From Psilocybe cubensis (lineage: Eukaryota): 64,000 nt of DNA. The stretch lies in the NCBI GenBank assembly GCA_017499595.2, contig CM039002.1, positions 2,108,001 to 2,172,000 on the forward strand. The letters run 5' to 3'. This document shows positions 1 through 12,682 of this stretch, piece after piece (the stretch's first letter is position 1; each line of letters begins with the position of its first letter). A program made the position numbers and the translations under genes. The notes below the pieces were generated by a model. It was not told where the DNA came from, searched no databases, and saw nothing but the letters and a program-made list of their open reading frames with translations.

Positions 1-40
1 AGATTAATAGTGTCAAATAGAAATGAAAACAGTCCTTGAT

Positions 41-1473
41 CTAGTTCCCACCGACAGTGGCTGTCAACAACACGGAGATGTCGCTAAATTCCCCTCCACC
101 ACTAGGAACAACGGTAGGGAAAGGCGCACCAGTTGAGAACGAGAATCGACCTGCTGCAGAAGTAGTACTGCTCACGACTACAGGCGTGGAACTTGAGGCG
201 GAGGCGGAAGGGAAGGAGACAGTGAAGACAGGCGCGGAAGACGAAGCAATGATAACGGGCACTGTGGTCTCCTGAGGAGAAATAGTAGGAGTGGTGAAAA
301 ATGTGACCGAGGAGGAGGGGACAGAAGGAGTGATAATCGTGTTCGATGGGGCACAAGCCGTGGCTGGCGCAGTCACCGTGACGGTAGATGCAGACATGAT
401 GACGACAGTCACGATGCCATCAGCACCAGTAGCAGTTACGACAGGAATCGCACTACCTCCAGCAGTGTTCGAAGGAGCAACTGTGGTAGCGGGGTCTGAG
501 CCAGCAGGTGTAACGACAGCGGTGGGATTGGGAATAACCGTAATAGGAGTAACAGTTGACGCTGACGAGCTGGGAACCGCCGTGCCTGGCAGAGTACTTA
601 AGCCAATTACGACAATGTCTGGATTGGTAGAACTAGGCGTGGAAGACGCCTCAGAAATTGTGGTAGAAGAGACTGGTACAGGACTCGGCGTCTGAGGCCT
701 TTCACGGACAAACAAGGCGTTGGCGCTGGCTGAGGGTTCTACAGTGATTGTCGTAGTGCTCGTAGTGACAGTGACAACTTGATCGACGATAGTAGCAGAC
801 GATTTGGGCACATTTACAGTAAATGTGAGGGTCTGGTCGATTGAGAAGGAGCCTGAGGGTGGCAAGGTTGTGAACTTGGGAACCGGGGTAGAGGTGGCAG
901 TTGTGCAATGGCCTGTTGGATCCGAGCCAGTAATTCCACCAGTGACACCAGCATCTGCAAATATGTCTTTGGCAACACTCTCAGTGACGCAAAGGATCCC
1001 AGTGCCGTTAACGCCTTGTTTGGGAAGGGCGAAGCAGGACTTGGGGGGACCACACGAAAACACCTGCCATTTTTCGGATGCACAGAGGACAAAAAATCCA
1101 CTTATGCATGCTTGCTCTCCGTCTGGAAAAATAATTAGATAGAGCAAAAAAAAGTAGGATATATCAACGTACTTTGACAGGCATCATCCACATTCAAGTT
1201 GGCAAAACCAGCATTTTGTTGCTGGGCAGCCAGTGCATTCTGCCTGGTAATTTCTGATACACCGGTTTGTTCTGCCTTGGGAGAAACAATGGTGATCGAT
1301 GCGGTGGTCTGAGTGACAGAGGGGGCGGAGGTCGCTGTGACTCTCCCAGAAGAGCGAGGCAGATCATCGCCAATAATCGTAAATTCTTCTTGGGGCGTCG
1401 GCGCTGACTTGACCGGAGCAAGGACAGCAAGGACAGCGAGAGCGTAGAGCAAGGATCTAGTCTTCGAGAACAT
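41..1473 (-). CDS. Secreted Ser/Thr/Pro-rich protein with a Cys-rich CBM19-like module (2 exons)
   Basis: Signal peptide MFSKTRSLLYALAVLAVLAPVKSAP. Across a short intron (~1124-1171) it reads NALAAQQQNAGFANLNVDDACQ/DGEQACISGFFVLC...WQVFSC...CFALP...GTGILC, resembling basidiomycete CBM19-annotated proteins. Long S/T/P mucin-like tail. Confidence 0.7.
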
Positions 1474-1772
1474 TCTGCGATTTGATAGTAGGGTCTAAGT
1501 AGCGTTCACAAGTTCAAAATTGCGAGTCGTCGTTTTCAAGTCGTCAAGGCGCCTGGCCTGGTGAAAAAAAAGAGAAAAAGAAAAGAAGATGAAATGAAAT
1601 GAAAGAAGATGTGCAGGAAGAAGAGTGCGATGTGCATTGGGCATATTGGTATATATAGTTTTGGTGGAAGCAACGGTCAAGACAATACGAAAGGTCCTCA
1701 TTGTCTTTTTTTCCAACTCCGAACGACGTCCACAATAGGAAATCACCAGCGGATCAGAGGCGCGTAACTAGC

Positions 1773-1780
1773 TATTTATA
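1773..1780 (-). promoter_or_regulatory. Putative TATA box of the CBM19-like gene
   Basis: tatttata on + is TATAAATA on -, ~300 bp upstream of the ATG at 1473, followed by a pyrimidine-rich leader. Confidence 0.4.
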
Positions 1781-2306
1781 GCCGGGCCGTTGGCTCAAGA
1801 GGTGTGTAGTAACTCTGCACCGTCGCCTTGACGCTGTAAAATGCGGAAAAAGGACCCAACCAGAAAGAATAGCTTATAATCCTGTACACATGCATACTGA
1901 CTCTACTTTTTGGGCCACTGCTCAATTAGTTGAGGCCGGGAACTCCATGGCAAAGCCTTTATTATTGTCAAACTTGGGCTAAGCGCCTTGGCACTGCCTA
2001 TAGGCATAATCATCAGCGTCATGTAATATCTTGCCATATCATAAGGCCTAAGTGCAAAGAAATAATGGTAAACAAATTTCAATAAAACTATAAAAAAAAA
2101 GACAAACAGTAAGAGAACATAAATGAAATCAGAGAGTTCGCATTTCTAAAGACAATCTATGACAAACAGTCGGACGAGAGTTCGTAAAAATATCAGGCAT
2201 GGCAGACGAAAGAGTTTAAAAGAGCGTGTTGATAAATGAGTGCAACGACATGAACTGTCTAAAATGGGTATCATGCCCAATAAAAGGGTTATATAATGCT
2301 AAGAAA

Positions 2307-3471
2307 CTAAGCGTTTGCGGTGAAAGTCAAGGTCTAGCAGATTTCTGTTAGTCCAAGTCTTTCACGATGACATTCAAAAACTTACCGTGGCAAACCAGCC
2401 AGGGCCAAACACCGCGTTGAACGCGTCTATGTCACCGGTCGCAGCGAGGTCGACGCCATTGGTGATGATATAAGTAGCGGGAGTAGCTATAGCCTTCATG
2501 AGCTTTGTCATTTAACATAGAAAAAAGAAACGGACGCACATCCATCAGGATTTACCCATTGCAAGCTGATAGTACCAGTTGTATAGTCGAATGACCACTG
2601 TTTGCAAGGTCAAAATGTTTTTCGAGCCACCGAAAGAGAAATGACATACCACATCGGTTTCACCAGCCAGAGCTGGGCCAGTGTTGCCGTAGCTAGTACC
2701 GTAGGTTGGGGTCTCGCCAGAGCCAGCTATTTTTTGACGCTGAGTGGGTTGAAGAGATGATACTGTGCATTTTTACTTACTTCCGGGGTTTGCAATACCA
2801 GTTATTCTCAGGCCACTGAATAGAAAGGAAACATGAATATCTGCAAATATATAGATCGCATAAACTTACTTAGAGAGACCGGCACCGAGAGTGAGTCCAC
2901 TAGTGCTTGAGAACTGGACGACACCGAGGTTAGAGTATCCCTAAAAATGGCGGATCAGCGTTCCAAAAAACACAAATGAGCAATCTGTATAATTACAGGT
3001 AGTCCGTCAATGGTGATACGACGTTCGGTTTCAGATCCTGTTTTGCTGGTTCTGACAGTACCAAGAGACACTTCAGTGTCTGCTGATGTGGCAATACCGA
3101 GACCACTGCTGGTAATAGTAACACCACCGAGTGTTGAGCCTGTATCCCTGTTTCGGGCACCGACCTGGATGGAAGTGTCGACATTGATAGATTGTGCTGA
3201 AGCTTGACGTCTTTGGGCAGTGGCTGGTAAAAAAAATAAACAACCCGTGCTCGAGAAATTGGGATGCTGAAGGAAACTCACATCGACGCGTAGGTTGTCT
3301 GTGCGTTAGCTCCCTAGCGTATTCTTGGGCGGCAGTGAGTTTTTTGGTTTGAGAAGGAGTATTGTTGGATGCGAAGCGTCGCACAGCAGGAGCGCCAGGC
3401 ACGACACTAGCATTGGCGGTCAAGGCCGCCAGAACACTGAGTAACGAGGGTATGAGAAGGAAAGAACGCAT
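2307..3471 (-). CDS. Secreted hypothetical protein, multi-exon (about 8 exons)
   Basis: Signal peptide MRSFLLIPSLLSVLAALTANA, then a propeptide-like LTAAQEYARELTHRQPTRR. Gly/Thr-rich exons separated by ~55 nt GT-AG introns; last exon TLTFTANA* stops at 2307. Confidence 0.7.
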
Positions 3472-5112
3472 TACTATTAGTCGTAGGACGAATAAATTAC
3501 GGATCGTTGCGGGGGGAGAGAAACAGAATGGACGGTTTGACATTAATCCATCGCCTTGAAGATATATTCACAGCATGAACGTATCAGGGAAAATCATATC
3601 CGTCAAGAATGGTGTCAACGTTGTGATTTCCAATACCAGACAGCGCTGTCGGGGTGAATGCCTGTCGACGAGGTCCCCAATCTGTTTAATTCGATCAGGT
3701 AAGCATTGAAGCGACAATGTCTAAAAAGCGCCAAGAATCAACGTGTATGAGATCTCACGGCCAGTCTCCACAAAGTAACACACTGTGAATCAGTTCGCCT
3801 GCATGAACGACATTATCTTGGCGACACAGAAAGCTTCCTGGCCTGAGGACTGTTCACTTTTCTCTCCTGAGGCCTAAAAGGAATGAGCGTATGCTTAATC
3901 TCTGGGAACGAATAGTAGTGAATCTGTACACAGACCATTACGCAGAAAATTGCTCGATAGACGCGCGTGAATTGGTAAGACATTCGATGAATGGTCCATT
4001 GTCTGACTCGATCCAACATCAATGTTGGCTACTATGATAGTTGCCTTACCTGCGGTCATGACAGGCTGAAAACAGTACCGGCGGTATGTCACCGGCGCAC
4101 CATCGCCTTGCTCGAAAAAAGGAAAATTAAGAGCATCTAGAAGTCGGAATTTTTTCAGCAGTTAACGCTTCAGAAGGATTTCGAAGGTTGATGCACCCCA
4201 TAATTTTCCTCAAACTTGAAAGGCAGGCTTTCATGGAACCGATCAGAGGCGTAACCTAGTCATTGCTCGCTCAAATAACGATCGAACTGTACTTGAATTA
4301 TGAATGTTGATTCAACGAAAAGATAGGAAGCGAATAACCTGCCTCCACAAGCTTACACCATCTACCAGCTTCAGTCATCTTCCTTTGGCTCACAATTTAA
4401 GGATTTATTAAGCCTTTTGCCCTCAACCACAGAAATACCCAAAGCGGTAAAGGTTTCACTTGAATAGTAAACATAAACAGGCTTCTTCAGCGTTTCACGC
4501 CTGGCATTATCGCCCTATTACAGAGTCTTATGTGTCAGTGGAACCACAAAGCAAGGCTTCCGAACTCAGTCGCAAGGATATATCGCCGCAGAAGACAAGG
4601 AATTAACCAGCACCGCGGCCAAATGTATCGATGTGCCAGCGAAGTGGGCCGCGCTTTTCGCATAAATGGAAGAATCTCAAGCAACCGTGTCAGACTCTGA
4701 AACGGTTTTGTTAGTCTGGGTCTGTTAATGGCCATATGCGCAAGGTCGCGTATGTCGATATATTGGGTTTTCCAGAGGCGAGGGTTTATACTGGAAGAAC
4801 CAAAAAAGAACGTGATGGAACAAAGGGGCGTTCGGAGAGAAACCCCAGCAACGAGCAAAATACACCGAGATGAACGCTCGATTTAGACTGTTGTGTTAGG
4901 TATAAACCCAGGCGAGTGCATTCTCTGAAATAGGTCAAAATATACTCAATGAACGGTGTCGAAGGACAGCTTCTGACTTTTACTGATGTTACTGTAAGCC
5001 AGTGGCAACACAGGTGACAGACTATCGCAAACGATCACACAGTGCCAGAAAGATAGGTTGTTCTACCAACTTTCTCGGTTTCAGTCTATATTGTTCGAAG
5101 GGTTTGCGAAGT

Positions 5113-5683
5113 TTAGTCCTCTGTATCAACAGTTTCTGGCCTGGCCTGTAGGGAGAGCGTAATGAGGAAAGATATTTTACGACAGCGAGTTAACTATACG
5201 TGCCTTGTTCTCCTCCAGGCCGCCCAATTCTTTAACAAGACCGTCATAAGGGTATTCACGGCGGATTACGGGTGCATCTTGAAGTAAGACATATTTGACG
5301 CCAAAGCCAAATGCGACGAAACCAGCGGCCGCAATAAGGAAATGGCGCACAGCGGTGTTGGGGGCGATTGGCGGTACGTCGGGACCCCACATAGACAGAA
5401 CTTCTTCTTGTTCATGAAGCTATTTCAAGAGTAAGAAACTAATGGAGAGGTAGGGTTTGAATGAGTATACCGTGTCTCCAAAGTTTCTTCTGTACAAGGG
5501 ATCTTGCCAGCCTAAGGGTGGAAGTTCCTGTCTGGACTTCCATGGAAGTTGAGGATAACCATTGAGTTGAGGGTCGATTTCCTCGTTTGAAGGGGTCGCA
5601 TATGATCTAACAGAGTTCACAACAGTCCTACATCTGAGGGCAGGACGCGCAATGACTGCGCGGCGAATGATGGAGGAAGACAT
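5113..5683 (-). CDS. NDUFB8: Mitochondrial complex I accessory subunit NDUFB8 (ASHI/NIAM)
   Basis: Mitochondrial presequence MSSSIIRRAVIARPALR. Motifs DPQLNGYPQLP, GWQDPLYRRNFGDT/LHEQEEVLSMWGPD, a TM segment, and RREYPYDGLVKELGG. Confidence 0.85.
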
Positions 5684-5958
5684 AGTCGGACGGCGACGGC
5701 GAGGTAGCAAATCGGGTTCGTCGTCGTCGTAGGCCGTGCGAAGAAAAGCGGCACGTGGTGATGAGGACCACTAAATGGACCAGACCCTGGTTAAAGTCCC
5801 CGTTCTCTGCTTCTTTCCAGAAAATTGACGTTCCATCATATGTGTTTAATGCCTAAATCTCGTTACATGGAGATGTTAATATCCACAGGCTCGCAGGACC
5901 GAGGCTAAACTATCTCGCCTCTTTAAATCTCAGACCACTACTGCCATCTGCGTTCTCA

Positions 5959-7843
5959 ATGGCTAAAGATCTGCTCGTCAAAACTGTCGAGACCAACACG
6001 CAACGGAAGTCCAGAAGAGCTACAGGAGAAATTCCTTACCCTATAAAATACACCAATCAAATGGCTGACTTGTGAGTTCGTTTCCTACTTTTCGCGTTCT
6101 TTCCGGCTTAACCTTTTGTCTAGTGATATTTGGGATCATAAATTTCTGGCCAATTACTTCGGTGGTTTGACCAATCACCATTTTCAAGATCCTCCGCAAA
6201 TGGTTCTCGACCTTGGATGTGGCACTGGCTATTGGGCGATTGAAGCCGCTCAGCAATGGCCCGTGTGTTTTTTCTTTTTTGCAATTCATTCTGTTTGCTT
6301 AGTCGAAAGATAGAATTCAAAGATATACGGCTACGATGTTGCCAACGTGCAACCTTGCCTCGAACATATGGGCAAGTTCAAGCCACTGTCACGAAGGATT
6401 CAGTGGGTGCATGGAAATTTGTAAGAGGATATCCTCAACAACCGCTTCCTATTTTTGCCAATACCTGACATTAATCGCGGTCGTTACTCAGCTTGGATGG
6501 ATTACCCTTTCCATCAAACCACTTTGATCTTATCCGAATGGCCGGGCTAGGTCTAGCCATACCCGAAGATGAATGTACGGTCCTATTGGAGGTATGTTTG
6601 TATTCTAAGAAGTTACTGGCGATTCTTAAGGAGCACATAGGACGTCCACCGCATCTTGAAGCCTGATGGCGTCCTTGAAGTGCGATAAGTTTCTTGGAAA
6701 CTCTCTCTATTGTTATGTCTTACTCTCTGTTCTAGATAATTGAAGAAGAACTTCTTTTTCCATGCTCGTCAATACTTTTACAACGACCCTCCCATCAAAC
6801 AAGTCCAGTGTTTCCTATGACCGGACACCTTCCGATTTTTGACCTTTATAAAAACAAATCCACAGCATCTTATGAACATATAATCGGACCTCGTACCCGA
6901 GCACTTTCTCTTGCGACATCCCTGGACTCATTAACTGAATCAATGCATCTAAAATTCAAACCTCCGTCGAAAATATCTCTTACTCACCCATCGACTGGGA
7001 TATCATCTGCAGCTACTCTAGCTACTTCGTCTGCCTCCAGCTTTTTGGAGACCGAACATCCTCAAGACCATACCCGTCTCAAAATGGCTTGGGATGCAAT
7101 GCTTGCAATGCGCTTTCTTTCCCCCAAGCTTCTCTCGGTCATACCTTTTTATTTGACTTCGGCGTCTTTTAATCACATCAAGACGCAGCCGTCTTTGGTG
7201 ATCCCATTGCCTCAAAATTCTGGAATCATACCGGTTGTGGATGTGTATCGGCCAACGGGATCATTCCATGGCAATGAATCTCAAAAGTCCTTGGTTACAG
7301 AATGTCTTCCAATGTCGAAGTCGGAGTGGACTCCCCCTCGCTCGCCAGGTTTTACTCCTAAAGTTGCATCGTCGGATTGGAGTATGATGCACCTCGGGAA
7401 AACAGTCAGTACTATCCGAGGATGCAAAGAAGCAATATGGAAGGAATATGAAAAGTTGTATTCTGATGATGCACTTTATTTACTCTCAAGGACGGCCCCG
7501 GGTGAAGAGGATTACTCTTTACAGCAGCCGCATCACATTGCACGCAAATCTTTCGAAGTGGACTGGAGAAACTGGGAACTGTGAGTCTTTTGACTTCATC
7601 CTCTTTCTTCTCGATGCTTATGACCTGAGCGCTAGTGATATGATTGACCGTATCGGCATGCGTGATAGTCTACTGACACGTTTGCAATGGGCACAGTCGA
7701 TCCCTGACACAGAACGAGACCGTCCCGATTGGGTTACATGGAGAGAGAAACTAAACCGAAAGTCTGGTTCACGCCATCTCATCACAGGATACAATCCCTC
7801 CGACACGTGCAGATCCTTACGCGTTTTTAACGCGTTCAAGTGA
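5959..7843 (+). CDS. Class I SAM-dependent methyltransferase-like protein (LaeA/TAM-like), multi-exon
   Basis: SAM motif I VLDLGCGTGYWAIEAAQQWP, then WVHGN, LPFPSNHFDLIRM and HRILKPDGVLE across GT-AG introns. ATG at 5959, divergent from NDUFB8. Confidence 0.75.
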
Positions 7844-8279
7844 TCAAACTAACCGCTATGCGGCTTTATTGCTTTGCTTTTGCTATCACTAAGCTTCCTT
7901 TCTCTTGCTCACCAATGTTTTCGAAGTTGCTCTGCTCGTTGCTCTTTCATTATTTCGTAAGTGTTATTTAAATTTACTAATATTCTGACTTCTCTAGATA
8001 CGAGGACTGTACATATAAATCATTCTTTAAGATACTTTTTGCTTAATCTCTAGTGTTTATATCTTTTGACTTTTAATGTTTACTTTATCTTGCCTAAGGG
8101 GCTGGACCAGGGCCGGAAGGTCTCGGACTCTCGGCGAGAGATCAGATGGTTAGGCCATAAAACTTCCAAATTAGGAAGGTTGGGCAGATGCCTGATTGAG
8201 AAGCAAGCGACCGGCGTTCCACTGATCTATCTTCTTCATCTCGAACCTCGAATACTCCAATTTTCATCCCATAAACGCA

Positions 8280-9856
8280 ATGGCCGACATCGAGAAACCT
8301 GCCGCCGCTGAGGCTCCTGCGAAAACCACCACCTCGACTACCGAGGCCGACCTCACAAAATACAAGGTCGGCGAAGCGATCTCGAGTCTAAAACATGATA
8401 TAAAAAATCTAATCGTATAACAGACGGCAGCGGACATCGTCCATCAAGTCACCAAAAAACTTATTGAGCTCTGCGTTGAGGGGGCCAAGGTCATCGATCT
8501 CTGTATCGAGGGTGATAGACTCATTGAGGAAGGTACTGGAGCTGTCTACAACAAATCCGTGAAGGGTGTTAAGGTGCCGAAGGGTGAGTTCAATGTTGAT
8601 GGCACACTATCACGATTATCTAGATCTCAGCGACTGATTATGTGAAAAAAATGTCATAGGTGTCTCCTTCCCCACCAGCATCTCAGTAAACAACACAGTC
8701 GCCCATTTTTCACCTTTGGCGTAAGTCGTCTGACCCTTGTCGGGCCTTTTTCTCTCTGAGTAAACGAGACATTACGCGATCTAATCGGTTATGATTGTTT
8801 GAAGGTCGGATCCTCAGTCGTCGCAAGTCCTTGCCAAGGATGACGTCGTAAAAATCCAGCTCGGTGCCCACATTGATGGATATGCTGCAATCAGTGGCGA
8901 AACGATTGTTGTTGGTGCCAGTGCCGCCAACCCCGTTACTGGACGACGCGCCGATGTTGTGAAAGCTGCTTGGACCGCCGCCGAGGCCGCCATGCGAACT
9001 CTCAAAGTTGGCAACAAGAACTGGGCAGTCACCGAGATTGTGGCGCGTACCGCTGCAGCATGGGATTGCAAACCTGTTGAAGGTATGTCCATAATGTTCT
9101 TTTCCAAGTCAAATCTCCGGGGTATAAACTTGTGACTAGGCATGCTTTCCTGCCAACAAACGCAGAACGTTATCGACGGAAAGAAGAGAATTATTCTTAA
9201 TCCAAGCGAAGGACAAAAGCGTGATTTCGAAAGCGCAGTCTTCGCTGAGAACGAAGTTTATGGAATTGATGTCCTTATTTCATCAGGGGAGGATGGCAAG
9301 GTATGTTCTTACCGCGATATTGTTACTATGAAGTATTCACCGCATTTTTTCACAGGCCCGTCTGGAAGAATCCCGTACGACAATTTTCCAGAGAGACCCT
9401 ACTGTGACATACCAGCTCAAGGCAAAGAATTCACGCGCCGTGTTCTCGGAGGTCCAGAAAAAAGCTGGTTCCTTCCCCTTCAATATCCGTACTTTGGATG
9501 ACGAGAAACGTGCCCGAATGGGACTTCAGGAGGCTGTTCAGCACAGTCTGGTCAAGCCATACGAAGTGATGTAAGTACAGTATAAATTTCTTTGGCTTGT
9601 GCTAATAGCGTTTAGATACACACCTGCCAACACTTTCGTTGCTGGTTTCCACTTCACCATCGCCCTCCTCCCTGGAGGCCCAACACTTATCACCCATCCT
9701 CCAGTTTGGTACAAGTCTGAACTCGTGAAGACCGACAAGGAGCTCGATGACGAGGAGTTGAAGTCGCTTCTGGCAAGAAATTTGAGAGAAAACAAGAAGA
9801 AGGCTAAGAAGGCTAAGAAGGCTGAAGGTGCTGAGGAAGAGACGAAGGAAGAGTAA
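8280..9856 (+). CDS. cdb4: Curved-DNA-binding protein / PA2G4 (Ebp1) homolog, peptidase M24 fold
   Basis: [58 protein letters not shown], and a Lys-rich C-terminus KKKAKKAKK. Confidence 0.85.
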
Positions 9857-10674
9857 ATTTAACTGTGATAATCTGGCCAGACTCCAATAACTCGCCAATA
9901 CAATATTGTGCAAAACCCGTGTGCTGCTTCTACTTATATAAAAACAATGTCTTGTACATTCCGATCGTTAAGATGCTTGCTGTTCCGCGCCATCCCCAAA
10001 GACTTCAATTGTCCGGACAACCAAGTCCACGTTTTCGAGAAAACCGTTCAGCGTCAGTCTGGCTAGCCTGACCGTCAGTGTGTGGAAGGTCCTGGTAGGT
10101 ATATGGATGGTCAGCCTCTTAAATCGTTCCTGTAATTCCTTCATACGCAATTAGTTTGTCGTCCTGAACAGATAGTTCTCTTTTCACGGCATGAGGCTGC
10201 AGCTCTGCATCGACTTCAATGACTTGCTTCGCAATTAACGCATGTTTGTGTGATGCGAATGGGATCTCCACGTTACTTATAGCGTCGAATTAATACATCA
10301 GTATGTTTCCTAGACCCAGGCTTACATTGTATGCCAGTCTGAAGCCATGGACGATGTAAATTGTACAATCCGAGACGGGGGTTTAGTTACAAGACCAGAG
10401 GCGCTTATCATCTCGGGATCCAGTCACTGACCGTGAGAAAAATCCTTGCCGTTAGCATGCCGATCTTTTGCCGATTCAATGACTTTTTGACTCTATCGTG
10501 CACCTTACCCAGATTGATTGTGTTCCATTGCCGATATATTTACAGACACTCTGGCAAACCACCGTAGCTTGACTTGAGCCATACCATTTTTACGACTTTC
10601 TCACAGGCTCTTGCTTTCCTCAAAGTACTGAACAGGTCTACAATTCTGGTACGTAAACATAGTATTCGATTGCT

Positions 10675-11873
10675 ATGTCTTCAAGTTTCTTCGACCGGAG
10701 CACCACATTGTGTCTCGCATGTTCATCCTCCTTGCCACCCCTGAAAGGTGCCTCCACCTCTAGCAGCGCTAATTCGATACACGTTACAACATGCTGCCAA
10801 AGGCCCATATGTCCAGCATGTATCTCAGCTAATCCTCGGCTGGCAAGGTACAATCCCTGTTTGTCTTGTTTGGGAGGTGTAGATGTCGTGTCTGCTTCCA
10901 GAGACATAACATTTCTTTCTAACAAAAAGGGAAAAACGCCTCTATCGCCAAACTTTGGTCCAAGTTCCAATTTAGATGGATCTCTCAGAGATCAAGATAC
11001 TTTCATTCTCGGGGACGACGACGATGAGGACGACGTTCTAACCACATATGATGGTGGCATCCGGGTACGAGATAGTGGCGCACCACCACCTTATACTTCG
11101 ATATGTGAACATCCTAGCGGCGCTGTTGCGCCTCCGCAGACATCTCATGTGCAACACCCTTCTGATTCTACAAACCCAGACCCAAATGCTTCTCCAAACT
11201 CCCGGATGGTCACCATGTCGGCGAATTCTACGAAAGCAACACCATATAAGTATTACCTCGATCGGAAAGACACTCTGCAAGGATTATCGCTCCGTTTTGG
11301 CATAGACGTAAGATTTTGCCAACGACCGAATCAATAGCATTGTGAAACTGATGGCTTTATCCTTTGAAGGGACATGAAATTTGCCGTATGAACAAACTAC
11401 CGCCTTCTGTCTTACGGACAACACCACACCTTTTGCATACTCGATCTTTTCTTCTTTTGCCACCTTCCGCTAAACCCCATCCATCTTTGACATTAAGCAC
11501 TGCCGAGGAGGAGGCACTAGAGGCCAAACTAGTAAGGGAAAGGGCGGAGAAGAAGTTACAAACACTCACTAAAGAGGCGGATTGGCGTATCGCGAAAGCT
11601 TACGTAGCCCTCGCAGACGATTGTCAAGTGCAAGAAGATTTTTCGTCCAAACGAAAGGAGATGGGTTTTGCGAAAGGGAATGTCCAAACGGCTTCTGCAA
11701 GTAAATTGGATGGATTAGAGGCGTTAGCTGCTGCACACTATCTCGATGACGAGGAATGGGAGGCTGAGGAACGCCGTGCTGGCCGAGATGTCCAAGTTCT
11801 GCGCCTTCCGGCCCCAGATAGCAATCAAGCACAGGCGACGAACGGGCAATGGTGGGGTCGGCGCAAGTCATGA
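10675..11873 (+). CDS. Hypothetical protein with an N-terminal Cys-rich RING-like region and a LysM-like motif (2 exons)
   Basis: CLAC...CCQRPICPAC...PCLSC. YYLDRKDTLQGLSLRFGID/GHEICRMNKL joined across an intron at ~11308-11369. No signal peptide. Confidence 0.65.
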
Positions 11874-12682
11874 ATATTTTTTTGATATTGCAGAACATTA
11901 TGCAGTCTAACTCCAGTGATTTTGTTGCTTCTACGTCTACTATGTATTCCAAAGCATGTATTGACCAGCTTATCGTGAAGTTCTGCTTTTTATTAGTCGT
12001 GAATTTCAAGTCTACCATTATATTTACCATTATATAATCATTGTCTGTATAATAGAGACGATTGTATGCCAGGTTATTTCTCGTTTCGCGCGCCAGTCAG
12101 AGACCCGCGTTAGGACCGTGAGATATCAGGTTCCGGGGTGTGTGAAACGACAGGTACGGTGGGAGCGTAACGATCGAAAAGGTTTCCTCCCGAGTCATTC
12201 ACGAGGCCGAATATTCTCGAAATGTACGAAGATATGAGGTATGTATAGAATGACTTACGAAGACAACTCGTAAAACAACTGACACCACCTGATAGTATGT
12301 GATAATATGCCGAAAGTAACCTCACCTTGAGGATCAAATGCGGCGAATTTGCGACGGGAGTCCACCTGAGCCCACTATGCACTGTTTCCAACAACTTCCG
12401 ATGCCAATGGATGTCATATTCATTTTGAATATGGTTTTTGGCGAGCCTCGGTCGAAACAATCAAGATATTTTCGGAAGGAGCGATGCATCGATGACCACT
12501 GCGTGGCGTCAAAGTCGTATATGACCCTTACACATGGTCAAACCGGCCGGCGGTATAATTGAGACAGTGGTACTTATGTATATCAGTCAGCCAAGCTCAC
12601 GGAAGGCAAGCCGGAGACCCCTAGACCACTCCCCACATTATAAAACTAATTGAGAGCACGGGGATTCATTTTCTCACCTCTG

